In this document: positions 35,301 to 43,072 of the stretch, piece by piece
Position numbering within the stretch: the first letter of the stretch is position 1
Layout of the letters: every line of letters starts with the position of its first letter
NCBI GenBank assembly: GCA_036406475.1
Contig: DASXBA010000006.1
Coordinates: 1,564-65,563, forward strand
DNA: 64,000 nt
DNA from: Thermoleophilaceae bacterium
Lineage (GTDB): Bacteria; Actinomycetota; Thermoleophilia; Solirubrobacterales; Thermoleophilaceae
Reading direction: 5' to 3'
The notes under the pieces: model-generated
The model's input: the letters and a program-made list of their open reading frames with translations, nothing else
Told to the model about the DNA's origin: nothing
Database searches by the model: none
Position numbers and translations under genes: made by a program

Positions 35301-35893
35301 TGACCGCGGCGATCGAGCGCCACGGCGCGGTCGTCGAGGGGTCTGACGTAGACGACATCGAGGGGCTCGTGGCCGGCTTCGTCGGCACGCCGCTCGCGGA
35401 GCGCATCGCCCGTAGCGGCCGCGCCCGGGCCGAGCTGCCGTTCGCCTTCACGCTCAAGCCGCCCGACGCGGGCGGCCGGAGCCTGCTCGTGAACGGAGTC
35501 GTCGACGTCCACAGCGAGGAGGACGGCGGCACGTTGATCGTCGACTACAAGAGCGACCGGCTCGAGGGCGCGGATCCGGTGGCCTACTGCGAGGACAGGT
35601 ACTCCGTGCAGCGCCTCGTCTACGCCCTGGCGGCGCTGCGCTCGGGTGCCGAGCGGGTCGAGGTCGCATACGTCTTCCTGGAGCGGCCGGATGCCCCGGT
35701 GGTGTCGCTGTTCGAGGCCGGCGACGCCGACCGTCTGGAGCGCGAGCTGCTCGAGCTCGCGCGCGGGGTGGTCGAGGGCCGCTTCGTTCCCACGGACGAG
35801 CCGCATCTGGAGCTCTGCAGGGACTGCCCGGCCCGGCCCGCGCTCTGCACCTGGGACGAAAAGCGGACCCTCGCGCCCAGAGCCCCCTGCTAG
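32390..35893 (+). CDS. addA: AddA-type UvrD-like helicase / RecB-family nuclease subunit
   Basis: Walker A AGAGTGKTT, then DEFQDTN and VHRAKGLEF. C-terminal nuclease IVDYKSDR with Cys residues in KRCSYRF and CRDCPARPALC. Confidence 0.9.
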   Translation: MKLTAEQQRAIDRRDGGLLVRAGAGTGKTTVLVERFVRAVVDDGVAVDSILAITFTEKAAAEMKGRVRRRFVDLDRREEARQAEAAWISTIHGFCSRVLRTHALAAGIDPEYHVLDELEAERLGLEAFDAALEAFLPEDAPSERVELVAAYTPDKLRDMTRTTYSRLRSRGESRPELPVADPPAPRDERERLDAAAAAGLRVLAGVEGVTVAKAVAALEACQGLAPGAVVEPGGLEALELKRGRVKALAIPECDDYEEALAAYAALCKAHGAWRDQAMLRELLSLYGDRYAERKLARSALDFEDLELLTRDLLASQPGLRAQYRERFSHVLVDEFQDTNRLQNQLLELLDDDTLFRVGDENQSIYGFRHADVEVFREHWRQAEEAGRTESLTTNFRSRGEVLDAIDMAFGRLWEGDFDPLKEAEGSRGRAPAVELFVTDKSKQRWEQALGDEPFGDAMRPAALWRAAEARLLAKRVRELLEVGRWERRDVVLLFRATTHMVVYERALEERGVSTYVVGGRGYWSQQQVGDLRHWLSALANPLDELAVYSILASPLVGLSLDAVALLGVAARRTGRDPWWLATEPDEELAGALPDEDRRRLDRFVAIFADERRAAPRLSLETLIDRAVTVTGYDRRVLALPAGDRRMANVRKLMRMAREYEADEGRDLRGFIDFVAERDLIQEREGEAPLEAEQLDAVRLMTVHRAKGLEFPVVCVADLGKDGKEDYGSLRVSDDGRTGIRLAQIGGGSVKSDELERIEEEDRLAAEAEERRIFYVAVTRAEDHLVLSGATDLDKRPEPKPLSEPMRWVWRSFCRELPDEGASGVATDEYEGREVQVRWTRLVPDTADELLGEADRAPVRAPSEVSANGSAQPELMELPPPRALPVSRLSYSGLEAYKRCSYRFYLEKGLKLSARELEPDARDLAGPPEAVIEGEEPRAGDELPALLRGTIVHELLEGLDFSRPRPPGAAEVTAAIERHGAVVEGSDVDDIEGLVAGFVGTPLAERIARSGRARAELPFAFTLKPPDAGGRSLLVNGVVDVHSEEDGGTLIVDYKSDRLEGADPVAYCEDRYSVQRLVYALAALRSGAERVEVAYVFLERPDAPVVSLFEAGDADRLERELLELARGVVEGRFVPTDEPHLELCRDCPARPALCTWDEKRTLAPRAPC

Positions 35894-35903
35894 CTTGATC
35901 CTC

Positions 35904-36428
35904 GTGGAAGGGGGGCGATCCAGGCGCCCACTGGTCATCGGGCTCGTGATCCTGGCTGTCGCGGCGGGGATCGTCCTGGCCCTCGTGCTGAGCGGGGGCG
36001 ACGACAACGACAAGACGGCCTCGAGGGCCCCTGCCCGGACGACCGAGAGCAGCACCACCAGCGAGCGGACGGCGACGGAGCGGACCGGGACCACGACCGC
36101 CGCCAAGCCGAAGCCGCCGCGACGCGACGCGGCCGGGATCGAGCAGACGGTGACGACCTTCATCGAGTCCGCCGAGCAGAGCGACTCCGCGACGGCCTGC
36201 GCGCAGGTCAAGGGCGGCGCCGGCAAGCAGATCGAGGACTGCGCCGCGGGCGTCGGCATCAACCTGCGCCAACTCCCCAGCTCCGACGAGCTCGAGGTCG
36301 ACTCGGTGAGCGTCTCCGGCAGCACGGGTACCGCCAAGCTCTCGAACGGCGGCGTCTTCTCGCTCGAGAAGTCAGGCGGCAAGTGGCTGATCAGCGGATT
36401 CAAGCCGGGGCCGGTGGCCGGAGGCTGA
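35904..36428 (+). CDS. membrane-anchored hypothetical protein
   Basis: GTG start 11 nt after the addA stop. One TM helix (LVIGLVILAVAAGIVLALVL), a Thr/Ser-rich linker and a small globular C-terminus ending GKWLISGF. Confidence 0.5.
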   Translation: MEGGRSRRPLVIGLVILAVAAGIVLALVLSGGDDNDKTASRAPARTTESSTTSERTATERTGTTTAAKPKPPRRDAAGIEQTVTTFIESAEQSDSATACAQVKGGAGKQIEDCAAGVGINLRQLPSSDELEVDSVSVSGSTGTAKLSNGGVFSLEKSGGKWLISGFKPGPVAGG

Positions 36429-36429
36429 G

Positions 36430-38361
36430 GTGACGCTCGGCGCCCGCATGGCCCGTCGCGACCGCGAGGCGTTCGTCGGCCGCACGCGGGAGCTGGCCGA
36501 GCTCGGCAAGCTGTTCGTGGAGGACCCGCCGGCGAGCGTCGTCCTGCTCCACGGGCCCGGGGGCATCGGCAAGAGCACGCTCCTACGCGAGCTCGAGCGC
36601 CGCGGCCGCGAGGCGGGCTGGACGCCGGTGTCGGTCGAGGGGAGGGACCTGCCGCCCGTTCCCGACGCGCTCGAGGCGGCCCTCGCGCCCGCGCGCGCGG
36701 CCGAGCGCCCGCTCCTGCTGCTCGACACCTACGAGCGCATGACCGCCCTCAGTGGCTACCTGCGCCGAGACCTCCTGCCGGCGCTCCCCGACCGCGCCGT
36801 CGTGGTGATGGCGGGCCGCGGCGCTCCGGACCCGGGCTGGTTCGAGGGCGGCTGGGAGACGCTTGCGATGGAGCTCGAGCTGGGGCCGCTGTCCGGCGAC
36901 GAGGCACGAGAGCTGCTCGCCGTTCACGGCGTGCGTGGCGAGCGGGCCGACGAGCTCGTGTCCTGGTCGGGAGGGTCGCCGCTCGCCCTCAGCCTGGCCG
37001 CGGACACGGCGGAGCTCGACGCCAACTGGTCGCCGGCGAGCGGCGAGGAGTCGCCGGAGCTGGTGCGCACGCTGGTGCGGCGGCTCGCGGAAGCCGAGCT
37101 CGACGAGCTCCACCGCGACGTGCTCGGCGTCGCCTGTATCGCGCGCGTGACGAACATCGACCTGCTCCGGTCCGTGCTTCCCGACGTCGCCGCCGAGGAG
37201 GCTCTCGACTGGCTCGGCCGGCGCACGTTCGCCGAGCCGCTGGCGGACGGCGTGACGTTGCACGAGCTCGTCAGGCGCGCGCTGCGCGCCGACCTCCGCC
37301 AGCGCGAGCCCGAGCGCGAGCGCGAGCTGCGCCGGCGGATCGCCGACAGCATCCACGCCCGCGCGGTCCAGGCCCGCCGCCTGCTGCTCACGGTCGACCT
37401 GGCCGAGCTGGTCGAGAACCCCGCGATCCGCAGCTTCTACGGCTGGGACGGCAGCATTCGCAACCGGGTCGACGTCGTCCGGCCGGGCGACGCCCAGCAG
37501 GTGGCGCTGCTCCTGTCGAGCCAGGGCGACCCGGACTGGTGGCCGCTCAGCCGGGCGTTCTTCCGTGAGGCGCCCGAATGCATCGACATCGCCCGGGACG
37601 CCGGCGACGCCCTCTGCGGCTACTCGATCTCGGTTACGCCTTCCTCGGCCCCGAAGCTGGCGAAGGACGACCCGCTGCTCGGCCCCTGGCTCGAGCACGC
37701 CCGCGAGCACAGCCCCGACGGCAACGCGATCCTCTGGCAGTCGGCCATCGACTTCACGCGCGACCCGAAGCTCCACGTGCAGGCGATGGTCTGCATGGCC
37801 GGGGTCCTTCGCTCGGGCCTCGACAACCCGCGCTACGCGTACCTGCCGATCGACTCGCGTCACGCGGGCGCGCACAGGTTTGCCCAGGCGGTGGGCGCAC
37901 GGCGCATCGCGGAGCTGGACGTCGAGGCCGGCGGCCACCTCACCGAGTGCCACCTGCTCGACTACGGCCCCGGGGGCCTGCTCGGCATGCAGCGCGAGTA
38001 CGTCTATCGAGAGCTGGGGCTCGCGCTCCCAGCGCCGGACGCCGGCGCCGTCCGCGACGCGCTGCGCAACCTGCGCACGCCCCACCTGCTCGCGTCCAGC
38101 CCGCTCGCGCGGGGCGAGGGCGCCGACGAGCGCGCCGCCTCCGTCCGGGCCCTGCTCGAGGAGGCCTCCGAGCACGCCTTCGGCGCAACCGAGAACGAGC
38201 AGCTCCTGCGCCGCGTCCTCGTGCGCGGCTACCTCGACCCCGCGCCGAGCCACGAGCAGGCGGCGCGGGAGCTCAACCTCAGCCGCGCGGCCTACTTCAG
38301 GCGCCTCAAGCAGGCCTCGGAGCGCGTCGCCGGGTACCTGGCGCACTCGGTTTCCCCCTAG
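36430..38361 (+). CDS. AAA/STAND-like ATPase with a C-terminal helix-turn-helix
   Basis: FVGRTRELAEL then Walker A GPGGIGKST and LLLLDTYE. C-terminal HTH QAARELNLSRAAYFRRLKQA. The GTG lies 1 nt after the upstream stop. Confidence 0.7.
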   Translation: MTLGARMARRDREAFVGRTRELAELGKLFVEDPPASVVLLHGPGGIGKSTLLRELERRGREAGWTPVSVEGRDLPPVPDALEAALAPARAAERPLLLLDTYERMTALSGYLRRDLLPALPDRAVVVMAGRGAPDPGWFEGGWETLAMELELGPLSGDEARELLAVHGVRGERADELVSWSGGSPLALSLAADTAELDANWSPASGEESPELVRTLVRRLAEAELDELHRDVLGVACIARVTNIDLLRSVLPDVAAEEALDWLGRRTFAEPLADGVTLHELVRRALRADLRQREPERERELRRRIADSIHARAVQARRLLLTVDLAELVENPAIRSFYGWDGSIRNRVDVVRPGDAQQVALLLSSQGDPDWWPLSRAFFREAPECIDIARDAGDALCGYSISVTPSSAPKLAKDDPLLGPWLEHAREHSPDGNAILWQSAIDFTRDPKLHVQAMVCMAGVLRSGLDNPRYAYLPIDSRHAGAHRFAQAVGARRIAELDVEAGGHLTECHLLDYGPGGLLGMQREYVYRELGLALPAPDAGAVRDALRNLRTPHLLASSPLARGEGADERAASVRALLEEASEHAFGATENEQLLRRVLVRGYLDPAPSHEQAARELNLSRAAYFRRLKQASERVAGYLAHSVSP

Positions 38362-38403
38362 CGAAGCGGTTCCGTCGGGGACCGGTCCTACTCTGCGGGC
38401 GTC

Positions 38404-38859
38404 ATGCCTCTCTGCTTCATAGAGCCTCACGAAGCCATCCGTGTCGTAGCCGAGACCGTGGGCCGGGAGGCCCGCCGGCAGCTGCTCAGCGAGGTGGTGC
38501 GCGCCTGGGTCGACGACATTCCCGACGACGAGCTCGCGCAGCACTACGCCAAGGCCGTGGAGGACCTCGACGACGACGACCTCTCGATGCTCGCCGCCTG
38601 GCACGCCTCGCTCGAGGTGGGCCAGCCGATCGCCAACAAGGAGTTCCTCCTGGGTGCGTTCTCGCACCTCGGCGAGCACCGCCGCGAGGCGCTCCGGATC
38701 GCGGCGGGCTTCCGCGGCGACGAGGCCTTCGAGGCCGGCATCAGCGAGGAGCAGGCCCTGGACACCGTCCTGCCGTGGCTCTCCGAGGAGCGGCTGATGG
38801 AGCTGGCGGCGGAGGCGCTCGACCTGTACTGCTGGGACCGCCTCGGCAGCGACAACTAG
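38404..38859 (+). CDS. hypothetical acidic protein
   Basis: 151-aa ORF with high GC3 after the first ~15 codons. No motif recognised. Confidence 0.45.
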   Translation: MPLCFIEPHEAIRVVAETVGREARRQLLSEVVRAWVDDIPDDELAQHYAKAVEDLDDDDLSMLAAWHASLEVGQPIANKEFLLGAFSHLGEHRREALRIAAGFRGDEAFEAGISEEQALDTVLPWLSEERLMELAAEALDLYCWDRLGSDN

Positions 38860-38968
38860 CCGGCCGGCTGCAAAGCGTCGCCTGGCTGCGTCATCGGTCG
38901 CGCGCGTGCTAGCGCACGCCACGCTCCCTTCTTCCTTGCCAGGCTCGCTTTTCGCTCGGCTGGGCTGC

Positions 38969-39024
<56 letters not shown>

Positions 39025-39038
39025 GTTAGATTTCCCCC

Positions 39039-40004
39039 GTGACCGCCAGCCTGCCCTCCGACGTCCAGGCCGTCTTCGATCGCTTCATCACGACCGAGTA
39101 CACGACGATCGACGGGCGGGGGCAGCCGATCACGTGGCCCGTGACGCCGTACTACCGGCCCGGAGATCCGTGCGTCGACGTCACGACGGGCGTCGGCTAC
39201 CCGAAGAAGGCGCGCGACGCCGAGGCGAACCCCAGGGTCGCGCTGCTGTTCTCGGACCCGACCGGCTGCGGGATCGAGGAGCCGCCGCAGGTGCTCGTGC
39301 AGGGCACGGCCCGGATCGACGACGGGGACCTGGATGCGAACGCGGAGCGTTACGCGCGGGAGTCGGGCGAGAAGCTGCCGGCCACCAAGTCGATGATGCC
39401 GCCCAAGCCGATCCGGGGCGTGTTCGGCTGGTACTTCAAGCGCCTCTACGTGCACGTGCGGCCGGAGCGCGTCTACCTCTGGCCGGATGGCGACCCGGCG
39501 GCCGAGCCGCAGCTGCTCGACGCGCACATGGAGGAGGTTCGCTCGGGGCACGACGAGGAGCCGGCGGGCGACCATGCGGGGGCCGGCGGGGGCGATGCGG
39601 TTTGGGACGACCGGATGGAGGAGCTCGGCGAGCGCTACACGAGCGCGGTGCTGTCGCTGGTGGCGCCCGACGGCTTCCCCTTCTCGCTGAGGCTTCCGAT
39701 CGAGGTCGACCGCGGCGCGCGGCGGGTGAGGTTCGGCGGCTCGCCGCTCGGCGTCCCGCTCCAGCCGGGACTCGCGTGCGTCACCGCGCACGACCACGCT
39801 CCCGACTTCACCTGGCAGCGCAACTTTCAGGTCCGGGGCGACCTTGTACAGGAGGATGGTGCCTGGGCGCTCATCCCGCACAAGCTCGTCGGCGGCTTCG
39901 AGCTGCCGCCCGCGTCGATGCTGGCGCGCTACCGGCTCAACTTCCAGAAGGTGCGCCGCTTCCGGAAGATCGCCAAGCGCGAGCTCGCGCGGCGGAACGG
40001 CTGA
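39039..40004 (+). CDS. pyridoxamine 5'-phosphate oxidase-like (split-barrel) family protein, two domains
   Basis: N-terminal TIDGRGQPITWPV...NPRVALLF...VLVQGTA pattern is typical of the PNPOx-like fold. Confidence 0.6.
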   Translation: MTASLPSDVQAVFDRFITTEYTTIDGRGQPITWPVTPYYRPGDPCVDVTTGVGYPKKARDAEANPRVALLFSDPTGCGIEEPPQVLVQGTARIDDGDLDANAERYARESGEKLPATKSMMPPKPIRGVFGWYFKRLYVHVRPERVYLWPDGDPAAEPQLLDAHMEEVRSGHDEEPAGDHAGAGGGDAVWDDRMEELGERYTSAVLSLVAPDGFPFSLRLPIEVDRGARRVRFGGSPLGVPLQPGLACVTAHDHAPDFTWQRNFQVRGDLVQEDGAWALIPHKLVGGFELPPASMLARYRLNFQKVRRFRKIAKRELARRNG

Positions 40005-40241
40005 GCCCTCCCTTTTCACGCAAGGAGCGGGCTCGGTCCCCGAGGAGGCCTTGACCGGCCCGAACGGCGGCTGGTCTACTCGCCCGCAGAGACGCGGACT
40101 AGCGCGAAGAGCGAGGCCGTGAGGTGTGAGGCCCGCCGCGAAGCCGTGTCGACCCCGGTCGGCACAGGCGCGCTCCTCAAGCGCGACCTCCGCGTCTCGA
40201 CTTTTTTGCGGCGGCTCCCGCTGTTACCGTGGCGACCAGCG

Positions 40242-41597
40242 ATGCGGACCCGCGGATTCCTAGTCGTCGGCCTCGCCCTTCTGCTGCTGCCGGCGTCGGC
40301 CGGCGCGGCGGTCACGCCGAGCCGAGACGCGAACGCGGTGGCCGGCGCAATGGACTCCTTCGGCGGCGCCGGCTTCACCGTGATCCCGCCCGCCCCGAGT
40401 CGCCCCGCGGGATTCAGCGGCTCGCTCCAGGCGGGCTTCCCGACCAGGGGCTCGAACTACGCCCTCTTGAGCACGGGCGACGCGGTGGCCGCCGACACCC
40501 CCAACAGCGCCGGCAACACCAGCACGAACAACGGCGGCGGCCCCGGCCCGCACGGCACCTCGGTCTACGACCTCGTCCAGATCAAGGTGAACTTCAACGT
40601 GCCCAAGGGCGCCAACTGCGCCGGCTTCGATTTCCGCTTCCTGTCCGAGGAGTACCCGGAGTTCGTCGGCTCCCGCTTCAACGACGGCTTCATCGCGGAG
40701 CTCGACACCTCCGACTTCAACGTGGCCGCGACCGGAATCACCGCGCCCCACAACTTCGCCTTCGACGACAGCGGTCACGTGATCAGCGTCAACACCACGG
40801 GCTTCTCCGCGCCCAACGCCGCCGGCACCACCTACGACGGCGGCACGCCGCTCCTGCACGCCTCCACGCCGGTCTCGCCGGGAGCGCACTCGATCTACCT
40901 GTCGGTCTTCGACCAGTCCGACCCGACTTTCGACTCGGCCGCGATCCTCGACAATGTCCACGCCTTCAGCGCGGCCGGCGGCTGCCACACCGGGGCGACC
41001 TCGGTCGGGGCGCCGGTGGCGGGCAAGTCCTTCGATGCCGAGCCCGTCAGCGGCAAGGTCTACTTCAAGTGCCGCGGCGACCACGGCCGGACCAGGCTCA
41101 GCCAGGCGGTGAACCTGCCGGTCGGCAAGCGCTGCACGGTCGACGCGCGCGCCGGCAAGCTAAGGGTCGTGTCGGCGGCCAACGGCTCGTCGACCAACAC
41201 CAAGGCGTCGGTCTTCTTCGACGGCCAGTTCCAGATCAGGGAGAAGAAGGCGAAGAAGCCGCTGACCGAGGCGCGCCTGGTGGGCAAGCTCGCCGGCTGC
41301 GGCCATACGTCGACGGCGGCGAGTGGCAAGGTCCAGGACGCGAAGCGCAAGAAGCGCCGCGGCCGGCGCCTGTGGTGCAAGGGCAAGGGCCGCTTCCGCA
41401 CCCGCGGCCGGCACAGCACCGCGACGGTGCGCGGCACCACCTGGCTCGTCTACGACCGCTGCGACGGCTCGACCTACAACAAGGTCACGAAGGGCGTCGT
41501 GACCGTCCACGACCTGGTGCGCCACAAGAACATCCGGATCCGGAACAAGAAGGGCCACAGGGTCTACATCGCGCGGCCGCGCAGGCACCGGCGCTAG
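40242..41597 (+). CDS. secreted choice-of-anchor-L domain protein with a basic FecR-like C-terminal region
   Basis: Signal peptide. FDFRFLSEEYPEFVGSRFNDGFIAEL is typical of choice-of-anchor L. C-terminal VRGTTWLVYDRCDGSTYNKVTKGVVTVHD resembles a FecR-type beta domain. The protein ends RPRRHRR. Confidence 0.65.
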   Translation: MRTRGFLVVGLALLLLPASAGAAVTPSRDANAVAGAMDSFGGAGFTVIPPAPSRPAGFSGSLQAGFPTRGSNYALLSTGDAVAADTPNSAGNTSTNNGGGPGPHGTSVYDLVQIKVNFNVPKGANCAGFDFRFLSEEYPEFVGSRFNDGFIAELDTSDFNVAATGITAPHNFAFDDSGHVISVNTTGFSAPNAAGTTYDGGTPLLHASTPVSPGAHSIYLSVFDQSDPTFDSAAILDNVHAFSAAGGCHTGATSVGAPVAGKSFDAEPVSGKVYFKCRGDHGRTRLSQAVNLPVGKRCTVDARAGKLRVVSAANGSSTNTKASVFFDGQFQIREKKAKKPLTEARLVGKLAGCGHTSTAASGKVQDAKRKKRRGRRLWCKGKGRFRTRGRHSTATVRGTTWLVYDRCDGSTYNKVTKGVVTVHDLVRHKNIRIRNKKGHRVYIARPRRHRR

Positions 41598-41602
41598 CCG
41601 CC

Positions 41603-42970
41603 TTAGCGCCGGCGGACCTTGATCGTTCCCGTCATCGCGACGGGGTGCAGCGCGCAGAAGAGCTGGTAGGTGCCCGGGGTGCGCAGCTTCTTGCGGTAGC
41701 TCCGCCCGCTGGTGAGGTTCACGGACGCGAACCCGCGCGGCCCGTTGGCCACCGTGACGTTGTGGATCTCGCGGCCCTTGAACAGCCAGCGCAGCGTCGT
41801 GCCGCGCCGCACCGAGATGTTGCGGTGGCGGAAGAACAGGTCCCCCACGGTGATGGTGCCGTGCCGGCCCAGCCGCACGCGGCGGCCCCTGGGCCTCGCG
41901 ATCGTGCGCGCCACCCCGTTCCTGATCCCGACGATCGGGACCTTGAAGCGCGGCGCGACAGTGCGCCCGGGTTCCGTCGAGCGCAGGGACACCATGTCAC
42001 TCGGTAACGGCCCGCATGAGGAGCGAACGGTCGAGTCCGGCGCCATGTAGACGATCATGATCCCCATCACCCTCGTGTGGACGAGGGAGTCGTCGTAGTT
42101 GGCGTCCAGCCTCAACCGCTCGCCCTTCGCCACCGGGATTCCCTGCTGCGTGTTGAAGCCGCTCATGAAGATCGGCCCGGGCTCGTGCAGGATCGGGCGC
42201 ACGTGGTAGAAGGGGTGGTCGGGTTCCCCCCAGAGCGGCCGCGAGGTGTAGATCTTCGAGCCGCCGCAGTCCTTTCGGCGCAGGGTGAGGTTCTTGGCGC
42301 CGCCATGCACGTGGCCGCCGCCGGCCACGAGGCGGCCCGCCTCGGGCGCGGTCCAGGTGGTCGAGCGCCGGTAGGTCGAGCCTCGGCGCTTGCCGCCGGG
42401 GACGTTGAAGACGGGGTCGGCCAGGCAGTTCTCCACATCGAGCCAGTACGGCTTGACCTCGGTCTGCGGCGTCGTCTCGTAGGTCACGTGGTAGCGGATC
42501 CACGCCTTGTCGGTTCGGCTCTTGTGGTTCATGAACATGTAGAGGAGCGCCCACGGCTGGGTTGGCGAGAACTGGTAGCCGTACCCGCTCGGCAGGGCGA
42601 GCTTGGCCCCCTCCTCGCCCCGCGCGTAGAAGCGCTCGGCTGCCGGGAGGCTCGTCTTGGAGTCGAAGTTGGTGAAGTTGCTACAGGTGCCGTCGCGGCG
42701 TGCCAGGTTCACGAACACGATGTGGTGAAGCATCAGCCGCCTGATCGGGACGTGCTTGGCATCCGGGCCGGGGCCGTCGACCACGTCGACGTCCATGTGG
42801 GTGATCCAGCCGGTGCCCGGCGGGTGGGGCGCGCCCAGGTAGGCGTACTTGACCTGGTAACCGCCGACGGTCACAGGTCCCACCGTGATGGTCTTCGACT
42901 TGGTCGCCGCCGACGCTGACGCCGGCAACAAGAGGCAGCAGGCGAAAGCTGCCGTAAGTGCTCGCTTCAC
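41603..42970 (-). CDS. secreted PHM/DBH-like copper monooxygenase domain fused to a C-terminal cupredoxin
   Basis: GTG 42970 and signal peptide ALTAAFACCLLLPASASA. Candidate Cu ligands are LHHIVF, FMNH, GGHVHGG and VMGIMIVYM. Cupredoxin motifs are EIHNVT and FCALHPVAMTG. The 883-aa ORF was trimmed. Confidence 0.65.
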   Translation of the reverse strand: MKRALTAAFACCLLLPASASAATKSKTITVGPVTVGGYQVKYAYLGAPHPPGTGWITHMDVDVVDGPGPDAKHVPIRRLMLHHIVFVNLARRDGTCSNFTNFDSKTSLPAAERFYARGEEGAKLALPSGYGYQFSPTQPWALLYMFMNHKSRTDKAWIRYHVTYETTPQTEVKPYWLDVENCLADPVFNVPGGKRRGSTYRRSTTWTAPEAGRLVAGGGHVHGGAKNLTLRRKDCGGSKIYTSRPLWGEPDHPFYHVRPILHEPGPIFMSGFNTQQGIPVAKGERLRLDANYDDSLVHTRVMGIMIVYMAPDSTVRSSCGPLPSDMVSLRSTEPGRTVAPRFKVPIVGIRNGVARTIARPRGRRVRLGRHGTITVGDLFFRHRNISVRRGTTLRWLFKGREIHNVTVANGPRGFASVNLTSGRSYRKKLRTPGTYQLFCALHPVAMTGTIKVRRR

Positions 42971-43072
42971 TCCTTGGCCCGGACTCCGTTCCGCGCCTCC
43001 CTCGGCCGCCGGCCAGCGCTCACTATACAAGAGTTTGCACTTGGACTGCGAAAAGTTGGGATACTCCGGCGC
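42971..43072. promoter_or_regulatory. divergent promoter/operator region (Cu-monooxygenase gene / tetR)
   Basis: Locally AT-rich stretch CACTATACAAGAGTTTGCACTTGGACTGCGAAAAGTTGGGATACT. GATACT lies 7 nt before the tetR ATG, so the transcript may be leaderless. TATAGT is present on the opposite strand. Confidence 0.35.

Noticed and set aside
33992-38922. Two long minus-strand ORFs (33992..36403 and 36583..38922).
   Set aside because: They are antisense to addA and to the AAA/HTH gene. There are no motifs, and the sense-strand genes have strong motif support and GC3 bias.
43034-43044. Exact 11-mer TTTGCACTTGG shared with 47238..47248, considered as a possible common operator.
   Set aside because: A single 11-nt match within 64 kb is expected by chance. 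The second copy lies inside the coding region of the DUF59 gene.
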